This document shows positions 9,180 to 21,239 of a DNA stretch of 64,000 nt, one piece after another (position 1 is the stretch's first letter; every line of letters starts with the position of its first letter). Under the pieces are notes generated by a model. The model ran no database searches. It was given only the letters and a program-made list of their open reading frames with translations, and had not been told where the DNA came from. The position numbers and the translations under genes were made by a program. This DNA is from Acanthaster planci. Taxonomy: Eukaryota. The stretch covers positions 912,381 to 976,380 of the forward strand of contig NW_019091359.1 in assembly GCF_001949145.1 (NCBI RefSeq), in the 5' to 3' direction.

Positions 9180-12100
9180 GGACAGGAAATTGGAGATTTT
9201 TTCCGGCACGGTAAAAATTAAAAACTAACATTGGTGAGATGGAAATGCCCAAAGCCAGCCAAAGCAACCACAATCCCCCTTACAAAGGCCATGACTAATC
9301 CATCGAAAGTGCAGGGATGCAGGTGACACTGATATTTTCCCCTGAATTTGAGATACAAGAAAAAGTTTCACGAATCTAGTGCCAACATTTGATCTGAAAT
9401 AATCGGCAAAAGTCTAAAATCAGGTTGCTGTCAAAGAACTTCCATCCCAGAATATTGTTTTAAAATGTTTTGGTCATTATTTCGTCCTAAGGCTCACTCT
9501 AAAGCAACTAATTTCAGTAATGAGTATTAACCCAACTCTGTTGCATGTTTTATCTTGCTTTGTTCGGTAATAGGTTTAACTCTGTGTGCGAAGGAACTCC
9601 TATGACCGATCTTGAGCCTATAATCTCCGTGTTATGACGTAGTAATGTCTGACGTCACTCCACCATATTGGTTGCCATAGATGATGTAAAACTGCTGAAG
9701 CGAAGCCATTCCAAGCTGACGGGCTCCATCCAAAATTATGCAACTACACGGCATTATTGAGACTCACTGGCACGATATGTAAGGTCTGAGGAGCTCTGGA
9801 AAAACTAAACAGACTACTGCAAGACTTCTCCTTGCCGTAAAAGAAACAAAGGTGATGCTCACCTTTATAATTTTCATAATTATTGTTACACTTTATTTTT
9901 GTATCTTTTTAAAAGGAATCAAACCCCTTTTTTTCTCGTTCAGGACCTGGTTGTACTCTGCTTTGTTGTGTATACTTTAATATTACAGGCTTTTTAGAAG
10001 TTTTGAATTTCATTCATGTCAAACTCAGAGCAAAAAACAGAAACGGAGAGGTGAAGAATTTGCCAGAATCTACAAACCTCGTGGGCGCGATCAACCCTCG
10101 CGAGGTTTCGCGGCAGACACGATCTCGCCTAATTGAGGCTCCCAGGTGCAGTTTTGTGCGCTGTAAGCCGAATTGCTGATGCTATCAAGCTTCCTTAATT
10201 GGCGCTAACAATTGAACCGTGTTGGCCTTAATTAAAGATTCCGAATGTGCCGGCCCTGGCTCAGCCCTATACACAATGTGCCATTACGGTGACGATATGT
10301 TATTTCTGAAAACAGGAATACAAATAAAGCTATAATATGGATGAGGTTGGGAGCCACATTGAGGCGGACCAGTGGAGGCTTTTCCCCACGTCATAAAGCA
10401 CACTGTCTTTTCATAGAGTCTTTTGGACGATCAGTGGGCATACTAAAGACATCGCTGTTTGAAGCTCCCCGTCTTATTATAACTGGGGTCAATTCTATAT
10501 ACAGAGTTGTGCGTCGAACTCGGAAGACAGCGTATAAAGGAATGAGTGCAAAGAAACTTTCACTGACAGCCTGGGTGGCATTTAGTCTCTCAAATATTGA
10601 GTAGTACTTTCAATTAAAAAAAAAATCAAATTTCTGACTTTTGACTGAACAGCATCATGGTATTGAACTGCAATAACTTACCTCGAATGCGACGATTTTC
10701 CCTGACAATTTTAGGAGTTAGTCCCTCCAAAATGCACTGTTTTCCATAATTACCACCCCCAACAGCCCTCATAAACCATATACAAGCACAAATTAAAACT
10801 TGCCTCTCTGATTATGCCACACAAATTAAAGATGTGCATTGGGTCGGGCAAAAACCTGAGTCGGATATAGCCTTGGTTCAATCCAATCCGACGGCCATCG
10901 TGGCTAGATACAATAATTCGACTCACAGAAAGTGCTGACTCCGATCAGAAGCCAACCAAAGTCGAAACTAGATAATAGGAGCAAGAAGCCCATTTCGCAA
11001 ATTACCAACTCCATTGAAAAATAAACAAATTGCGTGACACTTTTAAAACTTCAACGTAGATATCGACGAAGTTTGGGAGGTGAAATAGCCTTTTTTCCAA
11101 TCTCAGTGTTTCTTTGGCAGGACTAAATAATGTCAAAACAACCTAAATCTAAAGGCTTATAAAAAACACTTTCATACTATTTCACCTGCCTTGTTCACCT
11201 AATACAATCGAAAATAATTTGCAAGACAGACCCAGGCCTCACTTAGTTTGTGAATAAAACATAAGATACTGGATAGCTGCAATGCCTAGCCGAAAGCATT
11301 ACCAGACAAATTCATAAAAAAGTGTCAACTGGAGCATGGGGTTTGATTAACAGGCGTATGTAGGAACGTAAACGGAAACTGTTCAGCACAAAATTTACCC
11401 ATGGCACGAACAGTTTACCACTGATGACAGACAAACAAAGCCGGAATTGATTGGATTTCGGATTACGAATAAGGCCGATCATCTTCGGTATAAAAAACCC
11501 AAAAAACTTTTCAAACCAATTATTACATTCATTCATTTCGGTTTTATTGTTAAAAAGAAGATGGTGTCCAAAGAAAAAGTCCAAGGACCAAAAATATTTG
11601 GTTTACAGAGAAGTTAATATTTACAATGGTTGCCAGACATTACATACATATAAATAGTTTTAAAAAAACCAAAATAAAACAAAAAACAAAAGAAACAAAA
11701 AAAAAAAACCACATATACATATGTACATGATTTTATTACACTAAGACCGTTCCTGGGAATAGAACAAGGACAAGTGCTTGCACGTTCCTTCAATATCCCG
11801 TCGTGCACTTTCTTAATTTTTAGGCTAACCCCCCAATTTCTAACATGGGAATCAGAGAAAAATAAAACAGAGGTGTTTGAAATTTGCTTATTTTCAGCAG
11901 AACCGAGAGATTAATTGAATAACTGTATACTATCGAGCCCACGGCATTTATGCTAATTTGTCACCTTTTTCTGAAGTGGATTTTTAACGAAGCTGGCAGT
12001 CGAATACAAATAGTGCTGTGAAAAAAACCCCGATGACTCAGTAAAATCTCTACGTACCACTCATGTTAATAACTGTACAATTAACATTTTTTCCGATGAG

Positions 12101-13034
12101 TATTTGCTTTATCAATATACAACCTTTCTAAAGTATGGATCCTATCCCTCGTAATCCCACTGAAACCAACCCTTTTTATTCAAACATATTCCATGTCCAC
12201 ACAACTACGAAATCCAAGTGTCAAATTTCCATCATGGGTCAGAGGCACTGAAATATTGCTGCACATGCAGTTTTGCTTTTGTTGCAAACTAATCATAGGG
12301 CGACCAGAGCCAAGTGTCTTTCCCATACGTACACTGGCCCGCGATCTAATAAAATATCGTGATTCTGACAGATAACATGTTTACGTTCAGTTCATGGGCC
12401 AAGGTCCAACCTGCCAGCATTGGACGTGCAAATTGAGTGGGAGCCTATGTTAATCATCGACTGCATTGATCTGTGTGGTGGTGTGCTCATTACATGCGTC
12501 GACGGGCAGGAACACAGAAAGGCTCAGCGTGAATATCAACCGTTTACTCAGGGACCGTATGCAGTGCAGAATGGGTAAAAACTGAACACTACATTGATGA
12601 ACGATGGGTTGATCCTTTGGTTGCCATGGATTTATGATCTGTCGACTTGTTTCCTTTGTTGTCAGCTGACTCGAGATTGTCTATGCAGCGACTGAATCTA
12701 ACGCACACGTCGCACCGACCCGGTGGCAAACCTTCGAGCAGAATGGCGGCATGATTCCGACAGACAGCTCGGCGGAGATCCCCAAAGCCGTACATCGGGT
12801 CGGTATGTTACTCACGAAACTCCTCCTCGTCTGACATGACCGGAAGTTTTATGAGAACATGCGTATCCATTTATGAGCTGGCAAATGTGACCACCAAATA
12901 AAAGCAGATTGCGAGCAGAGGTGAACCGTGCCCCTGGGCCCTATGCGTGAAAATAGCAACGATGGTGGTAAATTATTTTATAGCGTAGTGGCATCGGAGC
13001 TGCGTTAATTGAACGGAGAGAGGTTACAGCCGTA

Positions 13035-14249
13035 ATGTTGACTAGACGACGGCTGGTGCTTGTACTTGCATTGCTCACCGCGCTATACTGTACAAGCTGG
13101 TTCAAGATCATGACGTGGCCGTCGCTCCGTCAGGATAAAGGCACACAGGAGATTCATGACATGAACAGTGACAAGTCGTTGACCGGCAGGCGGAAGGTCA
13201 CGCCGAAAGCAACCCAGGCAGCCATCTCATACCCACCCCTTTACAGCCAGAAGGAGATTAACCCACACAGCTTCAGCTTTCTGATCGCCAACGAGGACGC
13301 CTGCGCCCCGGTAGACAACTCCTCTGTCTTCCTGGTCATGCTGGTCAAGAGCGGCGTGGGTGACGTCTTCGACAGACAGCAGATCCGGCGGACGTGGGGC
13401 GGGGACACCGTGGTGAAGGACAGGCGGACCATCACTATGTTCCTACTGGGGACCACCACCAACAGAAATACCACAGCGTCAGTCCAACGGGAGAATCACG
13501 AGTACAGTGATATCATCCAGGAGGACTTTGTGGACTCTTACCGGAACCTGACAATTAAGAATATGATGGGCCTGAAATGGATCACCATGTTCTGCCCCAG
13601 TGCTACCTACGTAGCGAGCGTGGACGCGGACGTGATGCTCAACGTGCACAACCTGGTGACACGGCTAGAGGGGAATCCCCGCAGGCAGTACGCAGAAGGG
13701 AGCCTCCGGACTAAGGCCACCCCGGTCCGTGACTCGGAAGGCCCCTCTAAGAAGTGGTACACACCGAAGGAGGTGTACCCAGAGGCCACCTATGCGCCTT
13801 TCTTCCCTGGCTCCTGCTATGTCATGTCCGGGGACGTGGCAGTCAGCATCTACCGGGAGTCCGTCCACGTGCGTTACCTACCTTGGGACGACGTCTTCGT
13901 CGGCCTGGTCATGAAGCGCATCGGAGTCACCCCAGTCCAGGGCAAAGGCTACGAAAGATACCCCCGGACGTACGAAAGCCACGCGCTAAAGTGGACGTTG
14001 AAACGCAGTATAGCCGTGATCATTCGCCATCAAAAAGAGAAAGTGGACGAGAGGTTGATCCAGATTTGGCACATGGTCGCTGACGCATACCACCACGACA
14101 AATTCGGCAAGAATGATGTCCTGTTTATTTTTATCTCTGTCTTTGGGATTCTGCTTGTGTACATATTCATTGTGATGACATTCATTATCAAATGTAAGGA
14201 GGACGAAGCCGATTTGGATGGTTATGAAAGCGACGACAGTATGATCTGA
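13035..14249 (+). CDS. GT31 family beta-1,3-galactosyltransferase-like protein, single-exon CDS, 404 aa, paralog C
   Basis: MLTRRR plus anchor; INPHSF, FLVMLVKS..DRQQIRRTWG, DIIQEDFVDSYRNLTIK, DAD, KWYTPKEVYP, WDDVFVG. C-terminal TM followed by an acidic tail. Confidence 0.93.
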   Translation: MLTRRRLVLVLALLTALYCTSWFKIMTWPSLRQDKGTQEIHDMNSDKSLTGRRKVTPKATQAAISYPPLYSQKEINPHSFSFLIANEDACAPVDNSSVFLVMLVKSGVGDVFDRQQIRRTWGGDTVVKDRRTITMFLLGTTTNRNTTASVQRENHEYSDIIQEDFVDSYRNLTIKNMMGLKWITMFCPSATYVASVDADVMLNVHNLVTRLEGNPRRQYAEGSLRTKATPVRDSEGPSKKWYTPKEVYPEATYAPFFPGSCYVMSGDVAVSIYRESVHVRYLPWDDVFVGLVMKRIGVTPVQGKGYERYPRTYESHALKWTLKRSIAVIIRHQKEKVDERLIQIWHMVADAYHHDKFGKNDVLFIFISVFGILLVYIFIVMTFIIKCKEDEADLDGYESDDSMI

Positions 14250-17200
14250 CCTTCTGGAAAACCCCCCACTTATGTGATACATCTGGACTTAATTGGCGGA
14301 GTTTTTAAAAAATTAAAACCCCTGCTCATGTACATGTATTTCTTAATTTATTTTATGTATGGACTCTGATTTTTTTCATAGCTGAGTGAATCTTCCACTC
14401 TCTCTGAAACAACGGTCACTGCGATGTTGAGACAGTGACAGAATTCAAGTTTGTTATTTTACTTCTAGATTTTATACCTTGAATGATAATCCACGAAGTC
14501 GGGCTTTGTAATTACGGAGACAAGATGTAGACGATATTCTATTCAGGAACCTTGGAAAGAACACATCTTCTCTGACAAAACGACAGGTTGCATACATACT
14601 TATTTTCTGGGAAAATACTTCACTTTACATGCGAACTGGACGGATATTTGTCACAATAGTGAAATTTCATCTGAAATAAATTTGGCCTCGCCCTTGAACG
14701 GTGTTCGCCCAGTACAGGAATGTAACCGTGGGGGAAACGTACAAGCATGGATGAGGCATGAACAGAGCTGTATATAGAGAGAGTAGTACCAACTTCAGAC
14801 TTGGGAACCAAAATGGCTGGCTATTATAAACAGCATGCAGCTATTGTGTGCTAATTGTCTATTTGGACTGGCGCGCATAATCAACCATTCTGTCTCCCAA
14901 CAACTGACACACTTATGTCGCAACCCTCTGTGCAGCTCTGGTCAGGAATATTGTATAGCGCCCTCAATGAAATGTGTAAAGTGGACACTCTAGTGTTCCC
15001 GTGTCTCCTGATTTATGTTTTGAGAAATGTTTGCAGAGTTGTGATAAGGGAATAATGGGCTTGAAATAGATATCATTGTGAGATACTTACAAAGGTCACT
15101 GTGTTTACGATCCCTGCAATGTAGCGCGGGGGGGAGGGTTGTCACAAACGGAATGTGATTTTATTTTTGAAAATGACGGTGATCAAAAATTTCACACAAA
15201 CCCAACAAAGATAACAAAGGAACAGTTTGATAGCGTTTTAAGTGATCATTAAAAAGATTAAAAAATGAATGTCTATTCCAATGACTTCAATTTAACAAGG
15301 GTTCCCAACACATTGAAAGCAACACTCAACTCAAAGAACTTGGAGAAAAATTTCAAAAAAAGGAATGGGCTTTTGCAATCTGCCAAAAGCAAAAGAAATC
15401 TTTTACATGCAATTTAAACAAAATCAAACAAAACTAAATGAACAAAATAAAGCCAAGCAATGGAAATACATGCAGTCCAGATTGGTTAAAATAACTTACA
15501 GATGGCCGGACTGTAGAGCCTTGGTCTGGGCCAATTTGAGGAAGAAGTAGCACAGAGTTTAGCTATATACATGTACATTGACACATAATGGTGGGTGTGC
15601 TTGACAGTGTGCTTAATAAGCCGGTAACTTGAGGTAGTCTTTGGGAAAAGCCTTGTCCTTCAGCGCTGTCTCGGCTAGCATCATATCTACGTCACTGTAC
15701 TCGAGCTGGTCAAGCACTCCCCACCATGTCAATGTGGCGCTCTAGTGAATCCTGGCATTCTAAGCCGTATATACACTCTACTTCACAAGGGAAACTAAAC
15801 AAAAGAAATACCAAGGAGCTTAAATGCAACATGTGTGGGGCAATCATTCAGACGCCAGACTTGCCATTCAGTTGTATGTGCAGTGGCATTCAAATTACAT
15901 TCTTCCAACACATGCCAACGAGAACTTCAAGTTGAAAATTAAAGTCTTACACACTAATAAAGAAAATCTGAAGTAAAGCAGCTCAGTGTAGTTGGGGCTA
16001 TTGACAAGGGTCATGGGGGTGTTTGTCCCCAAAAGTCTTATCTTTCATGCCAGTGTCCCCCCCCCAACACACCCCCACACATACACTTTGCACGTAAAGG
16101 TTTATGATTCATTCTTTGCCAGAATCAGAGCTACAACTGAAATACAATAAGCAGATTTGATTCTATGGACACAGTTCTGTCGCGGCGTCAACTGTCCTAG
16201 ACCGTAAACTCTGTCCACCCGACGACTGCGCTGCCGATGTTCCCGCCCCTTCCCAAAACGACATTCCCCTCCTTGTAGTTGAGGCTGACGCTGCCATTCA
16301 TTGTCATGGCATTTATCATTATTTAAGTGTACTTCAGTGTCTGTGAATGACAACTCCATAACCACATCACAAGTCAGCAGAGCTGTAGTCCTCGGGTCTG
16401 ATAAGCTCTTGTCGCAAGACCAGTATAAGACGGTGTTTAGGGATGCTTTCGATTAGAGTTCATCGTAATATAGCTTATGACTTGACTTGCGACTTGTGAT
16501 TAACCTACTTATCGACTTGCTGATACTTGAAATGGACGGCAGGACACACCAAATGTCAGTTCATAACTGACCGTGAATGGGCAGTGACGAAGCACGAAAA
16601 GATAACATCATGCCAAAGACTAGGTGACTAGTAACTAGCCACTATTGATGGCTCAAGGTAACTTGATCGGTATCCTAACAAAGTGAAAGTGTAGCGACAT
16701 CCAAGGACAGTTGGTCCAACATGCACGCTCAAATGCAAACAGTCCCTCTAATCACGTGACAGTGGTTGTGTGCACTCACATTTCCTGTCGTGAGGCAAAG
16801 AGCCCGGTAATTCTTGCATTGATGGGGACTGGGATGGGGAAATTTCCATTGAAAATTGCTGATATTTTGCTAAATAATAACGAAAACACCCTCAACGTTA
16901 CCTTCAGTCACACGTACTAGTCAAACCACTGAGGGCGCTATATACCGCACAGCAACTTGAAGCCTTCGCTCGTACCGCCTGTACATGACGCTGGGGTGGG
17001 CCAATGCCCTCCAGAACATTTTTGAACAAAGTAGGCCATGGGATTTTGAGTCGAAAATAATACATCAGGCAAAAGGAGGCGGCATATGTGGTGAATCCTG
17101 TGTGTTATTGCTCAAAAATGTAGACTCAGTAGGCACTCAAAGTAGTTAACATTGAAAAACACCTGTTACCCAAACCGTGATCTCCAACATCCATCAACTC

Positions 17201-20065
17201 TGTATATACAAAATGTACAATGCATGTTTGATTGAAACGCCTGCAGCCTAAAAAGAAATGATCTTTCAGCATATGCATCATTATGGGATGTCCTCAAACA
17301 GTGCATGTAATAGTTCTCCTCCAGCGAACGCCAGTGGCCTCTATTTCTTCGCGTTCCTGCCCACGTCTTTTCCTGGTAGTGGATGTCAGGGTAAACAGTC
17401 TCTCTCTGACCCCTTTTCCCACTTTTATCAATCTGGGTCCGTTCACAAAGAAAAGTGGCAACTCCTTATGATGCATCACCGATCACAAAGGGTGAATTCC
17501 ATCCACCCCACGAAAGTACAAGAAAGGAATGAATCTTTACATCCGGATCCCCCTGTATTGAATTCACGGGGACCATGATGCCGGAAGTGGTAGTGCCTCA
17601 CTCCGGGGCGGTCTGAGTAGATGATGAGAACCTGCACCTGGCAAAAACTGCTCTCAGACGCTGTCTTTTGGCTCGCGCCCAGGGCCTGGGAGAGGCAGGC
17701 CGCCCATTCACAATCCCACCCTGTCGCGTACACAGCTAAGTGAAAAGCGAGTTCAAGGCCTGATGAAATAATGAAATTAAGTGTCTAAAGCTGAAAACAA
17801 AACTGTTTGTAATACAACTTTTGTAGAGTTTTCAACTAAGCCGGATGTCTTCTTGTCTTGTATGTTGTGGTTTTTATCGAGTGTATTATTTTTGCTTCTT
17901 GAAAGCAACATTAGGCCTATGTTCAATATTGTGCCGGTGACGTAGATGTCGTAAGGACAACAGTAGTTACAGAGTTACCCCAACCCTTGGGCATGGCTGA
18001 GAAAGCATTATTATTAATGAAGATTTCACTATCAACTTCATACTTTAAACAAACCAGGCTTGGAGGAAGACTAAGAACTCACGTTTGTATGGCTATAGAC
18101 ACTTAATACCAGCAGTTCAATTCTTAACACAAGGGCCTTCAAAATAATGCATATTTAATAAGGCATATATTTCACCGGCATATAAAAAAAACTGAAAATG
18201 GGGAAAAAAGTTTAAGAAGCACAAGTAGGCCTACCCTCATATAGTGAAAATTACCGTAATTTTAAAGATGGTATTTTCAATAAGACAAAGATAATAGGTT
18301 CACAAATTGCAAAGTTACCTGACTGCATGCACAACAGAGCGGACAGTGTTGACGATGGTCGTTATTGTAATAGACACGCTCTTGCAACGGAGACAGGGAG
18401 GCCAAACAAAGCTATCCCAGTACATCTATCGTACCGTAGGTCGCAATATGGAACCAAACCAGGCAGCGAGACCCTAGAGCGATGGTCTGACTGTGTCAAG
18501 GAAAATTCCCCTTTTTAGCAGAATTCCATCCACTGATTTAGAGGAGCAGACGTGCACAAGTACTCGGCATGTAGCACAGCACTAATCCTTCTCATGTTGT
18601 ACAAAATTATAACAAATCCCTTTGGGGATTTTATGCACTTAGTGAAACTTCACTTGGTACACCAATAACGAGAATATTGCATCGAACGAAGTAGATCATA
18701 ACAATTCAAAACGCATCACTTCTCTTACTGCCCCCCCCAGTTTTAAATGAGGTGGGAACAGCAGCAGCTTCGACTTTACAATCGGCTCAAGTAGGCGATA
18801 ATCCGCCGATAAGACAATTGTGCCCCCTTTGGTCGAAGGCATGTCTCAACGACCTGACAAACGAACAGAGGTGTTTAGCGGAGCAAACAGATTAACGGTT
18901 GAAGGTATGACAAGTGGCTGTAAGCTTTCATGAGCCCAGAGTTAGCGTGGCTCGATCGAAGCATGACCGGCAGTACGAAGTAAAGGTTCCAACAGTCATA
19001 CAACTTCAGCCGTGTGAAGGAGGTATAGAGATAGGTCTGAGAGGGTCTAGGATCCTGATCCTATTTTTCAACCTAGCGTGCAAATACAGTACATGGTGCT
19101 CCTGTTGTTGCACCACGCCTGTGCACCTTTTTTTCCCAGACAGATGGTTCGCTGGTGCAATAATACATGTAGGGCCTATCTGTAACATGATTACATACAT
19201 CATTCAAATGTTTCAATAAATTTGCGCAATCGAATTTCACGATTGAAATGCACAGGCTTGAATGAGCGTGCTTGAGGTTGTTCTAAGCCGAAGCTCGCTG
19301 TGCGATAAACGGTTCACCTGACGTTTGACGAGTGGCAATCGGGAAAAAAAAACGAAGCTTGCCGAATGGCATAAGCGCCAATATAAGCGCCATGTCAGCA
19401 ACAAGGAAAAGTCAATCTTGTACTCGTGATACACATAAAATTGTTACTCGGGAAGATGAATGAACGGTTTGACTGCCATGGACCGCGCCTTCGCTTTAAA
19501 AATAAAATGAGCCCTCTCTTGACGACGAATCAACCTTGAAACGAAATCCAACTTTCCTAGAAATTATCCCTCAAATCAGAATGTTTACTGCTCAGAGGGC
19601 ATTTCAATTACGTGTTTTTTCTGTAAGAATTGTTGGCCAAAAACTATTTCTTTCATCGGTCCAATAAAATTTTCAGGGTTTAATGTAGGCCTGCAAAAAA
19701 AGCAAGAAAAGAAAAAAACTTGACAGCTGCCTGGTATGGCCAATGTTGATTATTTTATTTCAATGTGTGTCGTTCTGTGTGTCATGTTGATTCATTTTGG
19801 TATTTTTGGAATGGTTGAGGGGAGCAAGTATTCCATTACGGTCACCGTGCGTAAGTGCGGTCGTACATCAAACCAGCCCGCCCGGCATTTTTGACTTCCT
19901 GGCCGTACAAATAGCCCCATTGCTTGTCACCCCTCACTTGCGTTATTTACCGGATGAAATGAACGTACCTGTAGCGACATGGTCAAACGTCATCGTAAAC
20001 GCATCAAAACGCGAGCCAGTCATTATGCAACCTTGCGCTGGTCTGGCCACGGGCGCTCGCCTCCC

Positions 20066-20132
20066 ATTGGACCGAACAAGTGTGTCACTGGGTCTCCGAC
20101 ACCCACCATCCAACCTGTCGCCAGTATAAATA
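20066..20132 (+). promoter_or_regulatory. Candidate Wnt1 core promoter (inverted CCAAT at 20066, TATAAATA at 20125)
   Basis: Plausible CCAAT-TATA spacing in a CpG-rich stretch ~1 kb upstream of the Wnt1 ATG. No transcript evidence. Confidence 0.4.
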
Positions 20133-21147
20133 CTTGACACTCGCCATTGGCCGGCCGGAACGCGAAACGTCACTTGGGCGATTCTTACCCAGCATGCAAC
20201 GCGCGCATCGGTTCCTGGGGTGAGAAGATTTCCATAGGCAGAACAAAACGGCGGAAGGAGTGAGAGGCTTTTCACCATCTCCCACTCGGGGTCCCCCGAG
20301 CAACAAATCATTAGAAGAGATAAATTATTTCATTTTAATTGCCAGCTAGTTTGAAGTCGCGGTGGCACATTGGTGATTCATTACCTCTTTCGAAAAAAAA
20401 GTGACAGGTACAGGGATGACAGGCCCTGACAAACGCCGGCACGTGCGGGGTGCAATAGAGAATACGAAGAGACGTCAAGTATAGTGAGGCCGAACCAGTT
20501 TACCGCCCGGGTGGAGAGGACCTTGTGGGCTAAAGTGACCACGACCGTGACAAAGAGTTAGCCGGCCCCATTCTTCGTCTACACACATCTTCTGAAGAAA
20601 AAAAGTCCCCTCTTTTTTGACTTTACCGGCCGCGCGTCTTGATCCTGCCGCTTGGTATTTAAAAGACTTCAAAGCAGCCGGCAAGACATCAAAGCGCATC
20701 AGAGAAGACCATCAAACCTGCCCGAGACCTGCGGACCCACCGCACGCTTTTGTTTTGTTTTGGTTCTTTTTGCTTTCCTTGGATGTTCGGTTACGTCTCA
20801 ACAAGGGCCGATTTCAGCTTCCAGTGTGTCCTTTGTTAGCACGTCTAGCTGGCGTTTATGTCCCTCTCATTATTGGTAAAGACTGGAAGTTTCTTTATAG
20901 GGGGAAGAGTGTTTTTACCGAATTCCTTTTCAGTCACTGTACTTCGCTACCTCGGGAGAACAGTACGGCAAATGTTGGTCAGCTTCTGTGAGTGAGTCCT
21001 TGAACTTCCTTTTGGAGTTTGACAGTCGTTAAAAGCCTTTCAAACAGGAGAGTATTCGGGAGGCTGTTCATTCTCGAGGGGATACGGCTAAGCTTGCAGA
21101 GCGATTCCAGGTTGACTGTATAAATAGCCCACTACTACAGGCTCATC

Positions 21148-21239
21148 ATGAAGCTCGAATGGCTCGTGGCTTTTTTCGTACTCCCTATGGCCAGTCTACT
21201 AGCTAAGGAAACCACGGCAGCATCCAGCGGCAAGTGGTG
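21148..21239 (+). CDS. Wnt1: Wnt1 coding exon 1 (signal peptide [31 protein letters not shown])
   Basis: ATG at 21148, hydrophobic signal peptide, TG|gtaagt donor. Phase 2 joins exon 2 to rebuild the WW motif. Too short for the ORF track. Confidence 0.85.

Noticed and set aside
2501..14249. Intronless GT31 CDSs as evidence of retroposition or horizontal transfer
   Set aside because: Single-exon coding regions are normal for animal B3GALT/B3GNT genes.
17258..17733. Coding-like segments at 17258-17733 and 44525-44900
   Set aside because: No frame gives an identifiable protein; they may be decayed elements but are unassignable by eye.
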